The notes below the pieces were generated by a model that was not told the origin of the DNA, made no database searches, and saw nothing but the letters and a program-made list of their open reading frames with translations. Shown here piece after piece: positions 47,066 to 55,966 of a DNA stretch of 62,962 nt. Positions within the stretch are counted from its first letter, which is position 1. Each line of letters opens with the position of its first letter. The DNA is from a virus (lineage: Duplodnaviria; Caudoviricetes), in the IMG/VR virus record IMGVR_UViG_3300022871_000857, positions 1 through 62,962 of that record, one strand, 5' to 3'. The translations under genes and the position numbers were made by a program.

Positions 47066-48928
47066 TTACATAAATTCTTTTATTTCATCCATTCTCTGTA
47101 ATATCTTATCTTCCCATATGTATTTGCAAGGTATTGAGCCTCCTTTTGCCTTCGCAATAGGGTCTCTAACTGCATCAACTATCCACTTACCATATACTCC
47201 TGTATCATCTTCATCATATACATATCTTGAGGCAAATGCAGGAAATTGAGTTACCATATTAGGCGCAAACCAAGAATCATTTTCTTTAAGTTGCATAAAG
47301 ATTATCAAAAAACCATTTGTTTTAACCAGTTGTTCTACAAAATGTTTCATAACTACATCAGTTTGACTTTTATCTTTTATTAAAAGCCAATCTATAATAG
47401 TAATAGCATTTTCTTCTAATTCTATCTTTGTGGGGTCTGATTGAAAATCCCAAAAGAAATCTCCTTCTTTAAGTCCTAAATGTATAGCAGTTTTAATAAA
47501 CCTACTTCCTGCTTCTAAGCTTATGTAGTAGGGTTTAAGTCCTTGCCTTATAAATGATTTCAACATATTGACGGCTATAGTAGTTTTCCCCATTTTAGCT
47601 TTAGACCCTAGAAGAATCATATCTGAATACTGGAAATGTGCTAAATCATAGAAATAAGGCATTCTAAAAGAAACTTCACTATCAAAAGCAGGAAATGTAT
47701 CTTTCCAAGATGCTCTTTTAATTATTTGATACATTCTTTGTATCTTTATTAAATAACCTTCACGTTCAAGATATTTTAATGCTTTATCTATTCTTGCTTT
47801 TTGAAATCCTAATGCTTCTTTAACGTCTCTAGCTGTAGCTTCTTCTACTATTTTTAAATACTGTAATATTTTTGAAGCCAATTCTGCTCCATCGAACTCA
47901 ACATATTTATCTAAACTTCTTATAACTCCATTAAAATCAGACATAGACATTCTAGGATTACAAAGATGTTTATTTATTATATCTAATACAAAAGATGTTT
48001 CTGTTATATTGAGTTCTTTTCTAAAAATACCACCTAAATGCATTATAGCATTATGTCTATCACCTTCACCTATTAAAGATAAATTAAAATTTCTTTTATT
48101 TATATCTTCTTTTAATTTTTCAGAAAAAGTAGATATAGATTTAACAGATAGTTTTTTCTTTAAAACATTTTTTAATTCTAACGGCATTTCAATTAATTCT
48201 TTTTTACATTCTTCTTCATTAAAAGACCTTATTATTCCATCAATTGAAGAAGGAAAAGTAACTACTTGACCTCCGTTGTTTTCAATATCTGTTTTTAATT
48301 CAGGTAATCTTGTTTTAGGTAAAGAATCATCATATTTATAAAATAAATGAAATCCTTTATTTGTTTCCTGTATTATACAATCTCCTTTTACTTTATCTAT
48401 ACATTCAGGTATTGGTTTTTGGTCTACATCTATAACAGTAATATTACTCCTTATACCTGTTTTAATACCCATATTGATGTCAGAATTTAACCAATGTTTC
48501 CATTCTTTTATTTCGGTGTGTGTTTTGTTAGTCCAGTCTTTCTCTATGGGTATTTTTTGGTTCTTTGCTACAGGAACTAAATCAAAATTATTCTTTTTAT
48601 AAAATTCTAATGCTCTTACTATTTTACTTTTAGAAACAACATCTTTTATTTTAAATCTCTCAATTAAATAATCTATAATTTGTTCTTCATCATATTCTTG
48701 TTTATCTTCTTCTAGTAATCTAACTATATCAAAAATATTTCCTATTTTTTTGCCTTCTTTTACACAAAATAAAACATAATCACTAAAAGGTAAAATATTA
48801 CATGTAGGAGTATTAAACTTACATGAAGGGCAAGTAAACATCTTGCCCTTATTCTCCGTTTTATAATTTTTGAGTGTTTCTTTTAAATAATCCTTAACCA
48901 GAGGGAGAATTTTATTTCTATATGACAT
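47066..48928 (-). CDS. Primase-polymerase/helicase fusion
   Basis: N-terminal CPSC Zn motif; Prim-Pol 'KIP...NMGIKTG...VIDVD...ETNKGFHLFY'; PriCT 'EGDRHN'; Walker A 'GSKAKMGKTT'. Confidence 0.85.
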   Translation of the reverse strand: MSYRNKILPLVKDYLKETLKNYKTENKGKMFTCPSCKFNTPTCNILPFSDYVLFCVKEGKKIGNIFDIVRLLEEDKQEYDEEQIIDYLIERFKIKDVVSKSKIVRALEFYKKNNFDLVPVAKNQKIPIEKDWTNKTHTEIKEWKHWLNSDINMGIKTGIRSNITVIDVDQKPIPECIDKVKGDCIIQETNKGFHLFYKYDDSLPKTRLPELKTDIENNGGQVVTFPSSIDGIIRSFNEEECKKELIEMPLELKNVLKKKLSVKSISTFSEKLKEDINKRNFNLSLIGEGDRHNAIMHLGGIFRKELNITETSFVLDIINKHLCNPRMSMSDFNGVIRSLDKYVEFDGAELASKILQYLKIVEEATARDVKEALGFQKARIDKALKYLEREGYLIKIQRMYQIIKRASWKDTFPAFDSEVSFRMPYFYDLAHFQYSDMILLGSKAKMGKTTIAVNMLKSFIRQGLKPYYISLEAGSRFIKTAIHLGLKEGDFFWDFQSDPTKIELEENAITIIDWLLIKDKSQTDVVMKHFVEQLVKTNGFLIIFMQLKENDSWFAPNMVTQFPAFASRYVYDEDDTGVYGKWIVDAVRDPIAKAKGGSIPCKYIWEDKILQRMDEIKEFM

Positions 48929-48929
48929 T

Positions 48930-49349
48930 TTAGCTTACTTTCTCATAAAGGAAATCATAGATTTCATTCATTGTTTCTTTAATATTAGCTCTATCTACTT
49001 GACCTTGTAAAGCAACTATGGCTTGTGCTGTTGCTCTTGCAACGCTTAGTTTCTTAATTTGTTCATCTTTAGAATATGTTTTAGGTGAATCTCCTCCTGC
49101 TTGATATGAAGAACCAAAAGAACCTTTAGCACTATCAGATGAACCTCCTATTTTAGTTACCTTAACAATTGTATCTGTTTTACCACCTGTAGAATCTGGT
49201 TTACTTTCTATATTAACATCATCATTAAGACCTATTCCTGCTTTCTTAACAAATTCTTTTACTGCATCACTTAAAAAATACCAAGTTGCTGTTCCACTTA
49301 CGTCTAATTTAAACATATCTTCTTTTTTACTTACGGCTATTACTTTCAT
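48930..49349 (-). CDS. Possible ssDNA-binding protein (OB-like N-terminus)
   Basis: Beta-rich N-terminus, Gly/Ser linker, helical tail; between primase and 5' exonuclease. Confidence 0.35.
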   Translation of the reverse strand: MKVIAVSKKEDMFKLDVSGTATWYFLSDAVKEFVKKAGIGLNDDVNIESKPDSTGGKTDTIVKVTKIGGSSDSAKGSFGSSYQAGGDSPKTYSKDEQIKKLSVARATAQAIVALQGQVDRANIKETMNEIYDFLYEKVS

Positions 49350-49362
49350 ATTATTACCTTTC

Positions 49363-49521
49363 TTATTTTCTTATTAGTGTTGTTTTACATTTAGGGCATA
49401 GAGTATTAAAACAAGGAACACCTGTAGTATGAGAAACGGTCTGACCACAATTAGGACATACACATTCTCCTCCAGGACCCAAACCCAATCTTTCATCTCC
49501 ATCAATAGTTCTTCTTCTCAC
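49363..49521 (-). CDS. Small Cys-rich metal-binding protein (52 aa, not in ORF track)
   Basis: GTG start with GAAAGGAG RBS; 'GLGPGGECVCPNCGQTVSHTTGVPCFNTLCPKC'. Confidence 0.75.
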   Translation of the reverse strand: MRRRTIDGDERLGLGPGGECVCPNCGQTVSHTTGVPCFNTLCPKCKTTLIRK

Positions 49522-49534
49522 TTATTTACTCCTT

Positions 49535-50341
49535 TCATTTAAATAAACTTTTTTCTTTTTTCTTTTTCTTATTTCTATTTATAGATTTTTCAAAATTAAC
49601 AATATATTTTGTTGAATATACGCTATTAAATTTTGCTCTTATACTGTTAAAACAAATTAAATCAGTATTGTAATTTTTTTCAGGAAGTATAGATAAATAA
49701 TTTTCAACTAAAGAATTAACCCAATTAGGAAGTTCTATTAAATTAACAATTGCATTTCTTATTTCATAATCCTTCTCATTTAAAATAGGTGTTATTAAAT
49801 TATCTGAAGCTTCCTTCTGTATTTTTTTAGCTAATATACTATATGGATTTTTAACTAACTTATATTGTTTAGATACTGGAGAAAATAATCTCACATTTCC
49901 ATATGCTACAAGTTGTTCATAATCTTGGTCACTACTAATAATAGTACATTGATGTTCATTAAAATATTTACAACCGAAGGCTATAATATCATCTGCTTCT
50001 AATTTTTCTATTTCAACAGTATAAAAAGGAGTTGATTGTTCTATATTGTCAATAAGTCTATTGTATTGTTTAAATAAATCTACCCAATCTAAATCATATT
50101 TTTCTCTAGCTTCTTTCCTATTTGCTTTATAATTAGAATCTAATGCTTTTCTCCAACTACCCTTCTTACTATCGACAGCTATAATAACTAAAGTATTTTC
50201 TGTTATCCCTACCTTTTTTAAACAACCCATAATCATATTCATTGTATTATATGTAGGTAGCATTTTTGATTTTATATAACTAAAAATACCTCTAAACATA
50301 AATAAACCAAAGTCAATAAAAACTACTTTATCTATTTCCAT
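49535..50341 (-). CDS. 5'-3' exonuclease/T4 RNase H-like flap nuclease
   Basis: 'FID', 'SWRK...YKANR', 'EADDIIA', 'SSDQDYEQL', 'SDN'. Confidence 0.9.
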   Translation of the reverse strand: MEIDKVVFIDFGLFMFRGIFSYIKSKMLPTYNTMNMIMGCLKKVGITENTLVIIAVDSKKGSWRKALDSNYKANRKEAREKYDLDWVDLFKQYNRLIDNIEQSTPFYTVEIEKLEADDIIAFGCKYFNEHQCTIISSDQDYEQLVAYGNVRLFSPVSKQYKLVKNPYSILAKKIQKEASDNLITPILNEKDYEIRNAIVNLIELPNWVNSLVENYLSILPEKNYNTDLICFNSIRAKFNSVYSTKYIVNFEKSINRNKKKKKEKSLFK

Positions 50342-50350
50342 AGTATTCCT

Positions 50351-50641
50351 TTAAAGTATTGAAGCTATTTCAGTTACTAGTTCAATAAACTTTTTAACAT
50401 TTATATCATTAATAACTTTTTTTTCTATTAGTTTACCTATAATCTTAAATGCTTGTTCTGTTTTATTTTTTTCATATATAGTATATGAAGGATACCAATA
50501 ACACACTTCTCTTTCATACCAAGGATATAAACTATAATCTGTAAAATTTACATTACCTATAGTTAAATATTCAGAATTATTATTTTGACTATTATAACTT
50601 ACTAATTCATTACCCTTAAAATGAGTATATTTTTCAGTCAT
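50351..50641 (-). CDS. Hypothetical protein
   Basis: 96 aa; AAGGAG RBS. Confidence 0.6.
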   Translation of the reverse strand: MTEKYTHFKGNELVSYNSQNNNSEYLTIGNVNFTDYSLYPWYEREVCYWYPSYTIYEKNKTEQAFKIIGKLIEKKVINDINVKKFIELVTEIASIL

Positions 50642-50660
50642 TGTTTTCTCCTTTCATATT

Positions 50661-53600
50661 TTATTTTCTTCCTACGATTAAATATTCATGGGATTTAGCA
50701 GTTATTTTTCTGTCTTCAACTTGACTTGCAAAACAATTATGGCAAATAATTCCTTCTGCAATATAAGTGTGATTTTTATTTATTTCTAAATTATAAACAT
50801 AATCATTGAATTTATTTTTTTTCATAGATACTATGCTTCTAACAGTTATATCTCCTATTTTAAAATCATATCGTTTAGTTGTATTTTGGGTTATTTTTTT
50901 ATTAAATGTTTTTTCAACAAAATCTATACATTTATTTTCCGCTAATCTTATTTGATATGTTTTATTTTTACTTAATTTGGGATAATATTCTCGTAAATAA
51001 AAACTATAACCTATGCTTCCTAACAATGATTGAGTTTCTTTTATTAATATTTCATTAGAAACACCAAATGAAATATCGTTACCAGTTAAACATCCATCCC
51101 CACGAAACAGACCTATAAGTAAATTTTCTTTTATGTTTTTATTAGAAATAAAAATATGTTTAGGTATACTTTTTTTATCAAATCCTTTGCCTAAATAACA
51201 ATCAAAGAATTCTGCTAAAATACTACTATAAATATATATTGTACTCCATTTACCTATTTTAGAATTTTTAATTATACTTTCTAATCCAAATAGTTCTTTT
51301 ACTAAATTACAAACGTCTGTAATATAATTAATTTCTTTCTCATGAAAAGTAAATCTAAGACCTTTACTATTAGAACATCCTTCACTCAAATAATAACCAA
51401 TCAAACGAGCAAATTTTTCATCTATTTTTATTTTATTTGGTATATATTTTAGATTTTTTTTGTTTAATTTAAAACATATTTTATTGTTCTTTAAAATATA
51501 TTTTTCTGTTTTTATATAATTGAAAACATTTAAAAATATATTGTTTTTTTCAATAGTACTGCTTTGTGTTGATATAAAATCCCCCTCTTTTAATTCACTT
51601 ATTTTATACCATTTTAAAATCTTTTTATTTAATTTGTTCTTACAACCCGAACAACTCTTACCAGAATAACCAAAACAACTTCGGGTTTTGTCTTTATAGC
51701 AAACTAAATCTTTTCTTTTTATAGATAATACAGGATGTTCTCCTGTTATTTTAATATTATCACATAATCCTTTTACTTTTAAATCTATAATATCGTTTTC
51801 TTTTCTTTTAAATACTTTTGAAACCTTCTGTAATTTTCCGACATCAGTAAATACTTTTTCTCCTACTTTTATATCTCCTATATTTTTATATCCGTTTTCA
51901 GTTAAAACTTTAGTATTAAAACTAAAACAGGCTCCCATAGCACTCGCCCACTCCACAACAATTATATCGTGCATATTAAATCCTGCTTTTTTAAATAATT
52001 CTATAACATCAGAATGATAGGTATATAAAATACCGTTTTTTCTAAAATCATTTACATTAAAAATACAATATTTATCTCTTTTTAATACTCTATGACATTC
52101 ATTAACTACTCTTCCTAGTCCATTTAAAAATTCTCCATATGAATGATTATATCCTAACTGTTCTTTTTCATCCCCATAGTATTCTAAATCCCAATAAGGT
52201 GGCGAATTGCCACACCAACAACCTTTACCTTTTCTCCTAACAAATAATTTTTGATTTGGTATAGAACAACAATAAACAAATCCATCATATTTTACTTTAT
52301 TTATTTCTGTAATTTGCCTTTCACATCCATTACCAATAACAATACTATATGAGTCATGTTTTTTAAATATTTCTCTTCCTCTTATAAACTTCCTTCCACA
52401 ATCTACTCTTTTTTGCATATTAGCTTTTTTACCTAGTTTAATAACTAATTCCATAAAGTCGGTTGCTAGTTGAGCAGATGAAGTAAAATAAGTATTATTG
52501 GCTCCTTTGCCATTTCCATCTCCTAACATTAAAGAATTAAATAAACAAATTAAATATTTTCTATCTAAAGATAAAAATTCTTTGGGGATATATTTTTCAT
52601 ATGACTTCCCAAGTGGGTTTAAATATAAATATAACTGTTTACTATTAAACGAAAGAGTATCTTTTTTGATTGTTCCTTTAAATCCATATTTGCTCATTGT
52701 CTTTTTAATATTTTCTAAGACCTTTATATCTCTTTGGCAAATACTAACAGAGTAATTGCTTCCTTTTTTTAATTTCCCTTGTTTTCTATTATAATAACAC
52801 CATCCCTCAGATATATACCAACCTAAAAATGTCATCCAGTCTTCCATAAGTATATGGTTGTCTTTTCTTATGTGGTTTTTTTCAGTAATAATACTCGGCA
52901 ATATAAAAAAATCTTTATTTACTCCAATCCAATTAGCAGACATCTTAATTTTATCTTGCTTTTTACATTTAGTAACATTTAATAGCTCATAATCTTTTTT
53001 ATGACGTTTGCGAATATACATATTATGATTGGGAGTTACTAATAAATTAAATCCTTTTTTGTTTATTACTTCATACATTATTCCTTTATATTTATTTTTC
53101 TGTATTTCAATTAATTTAACATAAATTAAATTATCTCCTTCATCTAAAGTTGCAATTTTATCAATCATTTTTAAATTTTTAAATAACTTAAATCCCCCGT
53201 CTGTTAATACTTCTGTATCATCTGAATAACATGTATAACACATGTCCATTGAATTGTCTTCTTCATCTAATTTTTCAGATGATTGTTCTTTAAGAGTAAT
53301 TGTATTTGAAGGTGTAAATATTAATTTCTGATTTCCTTTGCCCATTATTTCATCTTTAACAGTATTATTAAATTTCATAAACTCTTTACTAACATCATAC
53401 CCAATATAATCTCTCTCTAATTCATATGTTACTTGCATACGAGAATTGTGTCCACAATTTTTAACAATAACTCCATTAGCAACAAAATTATGGAATTCTT
53501 CTACATTCATATTGTATGTATCTATTTTAGTTGGATATTCTTCTACTGATTTAACAGTATGATTATAATTAAATCTTTTTGTAGAGATATTAATAACAGT

Positions 53601-54782
53601 ATTTTTATGAACACCCATTTTTAATGCTATTTTTTCATATGAAAGATTTCCTTCAGATATTAAATGTTGTATTTGATTTACATATGTTTTATTTTTACGT
53701 TTCTTCCAGGATTCACTCATCTTTTTCTTTGTTTCAAAACTATGTTTTCCCCCAACATTTCTTCCTTTACTTGCAATTCCTATCTGTTTTTTTGTTACTG
53801 TTGAATGTTTTTTACCAAAAAAAGGATTTTCTAATCCTGTAAATATTTTAGATAAATGTTTTTTCTGTTCATCTGAAGGAATATACATTATTTTACCTTC
53901 ATGATGCATTTTAGAATGTTTTCCAAAATCCTTTACTTTTAAATTTTCTACACTATCGTTAGTAATATCTTCATCTTTATGATGCACACATTCAATAAAT
54001 TCTTTGGTTTTTAATTTCCGACCTAATATTTCTTGCATTATAAAAATACTCTGTCTCATATATTTACCATTATTTAATCCTATTATCCATCTACCAGATT
54101 GCTTATGTATTTTTCTATAGAAGGGCATTAAACTATCTCCTGATTTCAATAATTTAGCTTCTATATATTTGCCGTTTCTAAGCATAAATTTATGGTCTGG
54201 AGTTACAAATATACTATTGTCGTTATCTAACTTTACTTCCAATACAGTTGCATTTATTCTTGTTTTGCGTATTTGATTTGCTTTACGTAACCTTAATTGC
54301 ACTCCATCACTACAATATACATATGGTTCTTGTCCGACTAAATTTTTAATCGGGAAGTCACCATTTGGAGTTGAAATTATTGTATCTCCAGATACACACA
54401 TTGGGTCTAAAACTGTATCTCCTTTTTCAGAATAAAACAATACTATTCTTCTGGCTAGTGCAGGAGGAAAAGTAGATAACCCACCATCTTTACCTCTAAT
54501 ACTTTTAGATGAAGCATTGTAAGCTTTCCATTGTTGCTGTGATTTCTTTTCAACTTCTTTTTTAGTTCCGTCTTGTAATTCTATTTCTACCTTATGACCA
54601 TAGCTTAATTTCTTATGTTTCTGTATTGCAATATTATGTTGTTTTTTAGCTTCAAGTTCTATAACGTGTTTACCCCAAGAATAGTCTGGTTTATAAATAC
54701 TTTTAGGTATTTCTCCGTATTTAGATAATATCTGACTTCTAATTTCTCTTGACTTTACTAAACTTTCATCATTTTTACCCAT
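50661..54782 (-). CDS. Amino (N4-C/N6-A) DNA methyltransferase interrupted by three inteins
   Basis: Spliced extein about 319 aa: 'STFPPALARR...VLDPM^CGHNS...GYDVS...T^SPPYW...HRVLK...HEYLIV'. Confidence 0.9.
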   Translation of the reverse strand: MGKNDESLVKSREIRSQILSKYGEIPKSIYKPDYSWGKHVIELEAKKQHNIAIQKHKKLSYGHKVEIELQDGTKKEVEKKSQQQWKAYNASSKSIRGKDGGLSTFPPALARRIVLFYSEKGDTVLDPMCVSGDTIISTPNGDFPIKNLVGQEPYVYCSDGVQLRLRKANQIRKTRINATVLEVKLDNDNSIFVTPDHKFMLRNGKYIEAKLLKSGDSLMPFYRKIHKQSGRWIIGLNNGKYMRQSIFIMQEILGRKLKTKEFIECVHHKDEDITNDSVENLKVKDFGKHSKMHHEGKIMYIPSDEQKKHLSKIFTGLENPFFGKKHSTVTKKQIGIASKGRNVGGKHSFETKKKMSESWKKRKNKTYVNQIQHLISEGNLSYEKIALKMGVHKNTVINISTKRFNYNHTVKSVEEYPTKIDTYNMNVEEFHNFVANGVIVKNCGHNSRMQVTYELERDYIGYDVSKEFMKFNNTVKDEIMGKGNQKLIFTPSNTITLKEQSSEKLDEEDNSMDMCYTCYSDDTEVLTDGGFKLFKNLKMIDKIATLDEGDNLIYVKLIEIQKNKYKGIMYEVINKKGFNLLVTPNHNMYIRKRHKKDYELLNVTKCKKQDKIKMSANWIGVNKDFFILPSIITEKNHIRKDNHILMEDWMTFLGWYISEGWCYYNRKQGKLKKGSNYSVSICQRDIKVLENIKKTMSKYGFKGTIKKDTLSFNSKQLYLYLNPLGKSYEKYIPKEFLSLDRKYLICLFNSLMLGDGNGKGANNTYFTSSAQLATDFMELVIKLGKKANMQKRVDCGRKFIRGREIFKKHDSYSIVIGNGCERQITEINKVKYDGFVYCCSIPNQKLFVRRKGKGCWCGNSPPYWDLEYYGDEKEQLGYNHSYGEFLNGLGRVVNECHRVLKRDKYCIFNVNDFRKNGILYTYHSDVIELFKKAGFNMHDIIVVEWASAMGACFSFNTKVLTENGYKNIGDIKVGEKVFTDVGKLQKVSKVFKRKENDIIDLKVKGLCDNIKITGEHPVLSIKRKDLVCYKDKTRSCFGYSGKSCSGCKNKLNKKILKWYKISELKEGDFISTQSSTIEKNNIFLNVFNYIKTEKYILKNNKICFKLNKKNLKYIPNKIKIDEKFARLIGYYLSEGCSNSKGLRFTFHEKEINYITDVCNLVKELFGLESIIKNSKIGKWSTIYIYSSILAEFFDCYLGKGFDKKSIPKHIFISNKNIKENLLIGLFRGDGCLTGNDISFGVSNEILIKETQSLLGSIGYSFYLREYYPKLSKNKTYQIRLAENKCIDFVEKTFNKKITQNTTKRYDFKIGDITVRSIVSMKKNKFNDYVYNLEINKNHTYIAEGIICHNCFASQVEDRKITAKSHEYLIVGRK
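50736..51929 (-). mobile_element. Intein 3 (398 aa) with LAGLIDADG endonuclease
   Basis: Starts CFSFNTKV, 'ITGEHP', 'LIGYYLSEG', 'GLFRGDG', ends 'ICHN' followed by Cys. Confidence 0.9.
52206..53231 (-). mobile_element. Intein 2 (342 aa) with LAGLIDADG endonuclease
   Basis: Starts CYSDDTEVLT, 'VTPNHNM', 'FLGWYISEG', 'SLMLGDG', ends 'WCGN' followed by Ser. Confidence 0.9.
53457..54398 (-). mobile_element. Intein 1 (314 aa) with HNH endonuclease, NUMOD3 repeats and HTH
   Basis: Starts CVSGDT, 'VTPDHKF', 'CVHHKDEDITNDSVENL', 'NPFFGKKHS', ends 'HNFVANGVIVKN' followed by Cys. Confidence 0.9.
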
Positions 54783-54934
54783 TATAACTCCTCGTCAATT
54801 ATTTGTGTATTTTTAATACCAGTCCAACATGGATTTTCATGATATATTTTTCCTTGAAATATTACATAGGGTTCATTATCTAAAATTTCCTCATGGCAGT
54901 CATAACACCAAAGTTGCTCTTTTTCTTTGTTCAT
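54782..54934 (-). CDS. Small Zn-binding protein (50 aa, not in ORF track)
   Basis: 'WCYDCHEEI...YHENPCW'; stop overlaps the MTase ATG. Confidence 0.5.
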   Translation of the reverse strand: MNKEKEQLWCYDCHEEILDNEPYVIFQGKIYHENPCWTGIKNTQIIDEEL

Positions 54935-54946
54935 ATTTTCTTACTA

Positions 54947-55414
54947 TTAATTAAATAGTCCTCCTGTTAAATTCATTAATTTTTTATTATACACATTACC
55001 TTTGATAGTTTTATTTTTCCAATATATATCGCTTACTTTAGTAAATCCCATTTTCTTATAAAAATTATTAGCAATAATATTGCTTGCTCTAACAGTCAAC
55101 CATAAATTATTAGTGGGTTGTATATACTTGAAAAACTTATTTAATATTTTATTGCTCTTACCATTACCTTTAGTTATATTAAAAATTTGATGTAAGATAT
55201 AGTCTCCTCTCATAGTTGTAATATCTCCCAATCTTGTTTTCTTTTTATATTTAGTAAAAGCAATAAAAACACCTTCATCATATACTGCATTACTTTTTAA
55301 TATCTTATCTTTAATTTTATCTTGTCTTATATGTGGAAATATATCTTTGTACTTCCTAAAACATAACATTATTTCTTTAAGGTCTTCTATATTTGCTAGT
55401 TGTAATTTACTCAT
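54947..55414 (-). CDS. GNAT-family acetyltransferase
   Basis: 'LHQI...KGNG...WLTVRASNIIANNFYKKMGF'; ATG 55414 preferred over the track start. Confidence 0.8.
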   Translation of the reverse strand: MSKLQLANIEDLKEIMLCFRKYKDIFPHIRQDKIKDKILKSNAVYDEGVFIAFTKYKKKTRLGDITTMRGDYILHQIFNITKGNGKSNKILNKFFKYIQPTNNLWLTVRASNIIANNFYKKMGFTKVSDIYWKNKTIKGNVYNKKLMNLTGGLFN

Positions 55415-55916
55415 TGTGTGTATCCGTATCGTGTTCTTCCCCCGATTCATATTCTACTTCCCATATATGTTCTGTTATCAATAACATATGGAAAATATGA
55501 TATTCTTTTAATTTATTAAAATTAATATCTGATAAAGTTGCTAATATGGAATATACATCTTCTATTGAAGAATAAATAACACGACTATTCCTAAAACTAG
55601 CATATGCCTTTCTAAACATCTCAAAATTAACATCTTTCATATCAACGGTTGTATTTTGTGCTGTTTCTAGTCCTTCAGTTGAAAAATAAAACCCTCGTTT
55701 TAACCATAATATATAACAATAACAAGCTATCTTTAATAAATCTCTTTCTCTTTTTAGATTTTGATACCTAAAACAATATTTAGACATTGTTCCATATAAC
55801 CAAGAAGCACCGAATTCGTCAAATAAAATATCTGTAGTTTCTTTAGTTTTATTATATCTGTATTTCTTACCTCCATATGTGAACTGGTCTTTTATTAAAT
55901 CAAAAAATTTATTCAT
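55407..55916 (-). CDS. All-alpha phage protein (DUF3310/dNTP pyrophosphatase-like, uncertain)
   Basis: 'YGGKKY', 'KYCFRY', 'DLLKIACY'; GGAGGT RBS. Confidence 0.4.
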   Translation of the reverse strand: MNKFFDLIKDQFTYGGKKYRYNKTKETTDILFDEFGASWLYGTMSKYCFRYQNLKRERDLLKIACYCYILWLKRGFYFSTEGLETAQNTTVDMKDVNFEMFRKAYASFRNSRVIYSSIEDVYSILATLSDINFNKLKEYHIFHMLLITEHIWEVEYESGEEHDTDTHNE

Positions 55917-55966
55917 ATTACCTCCCGTTTATACTATTAATATAGAATAAAAATCACCAATGGCAA

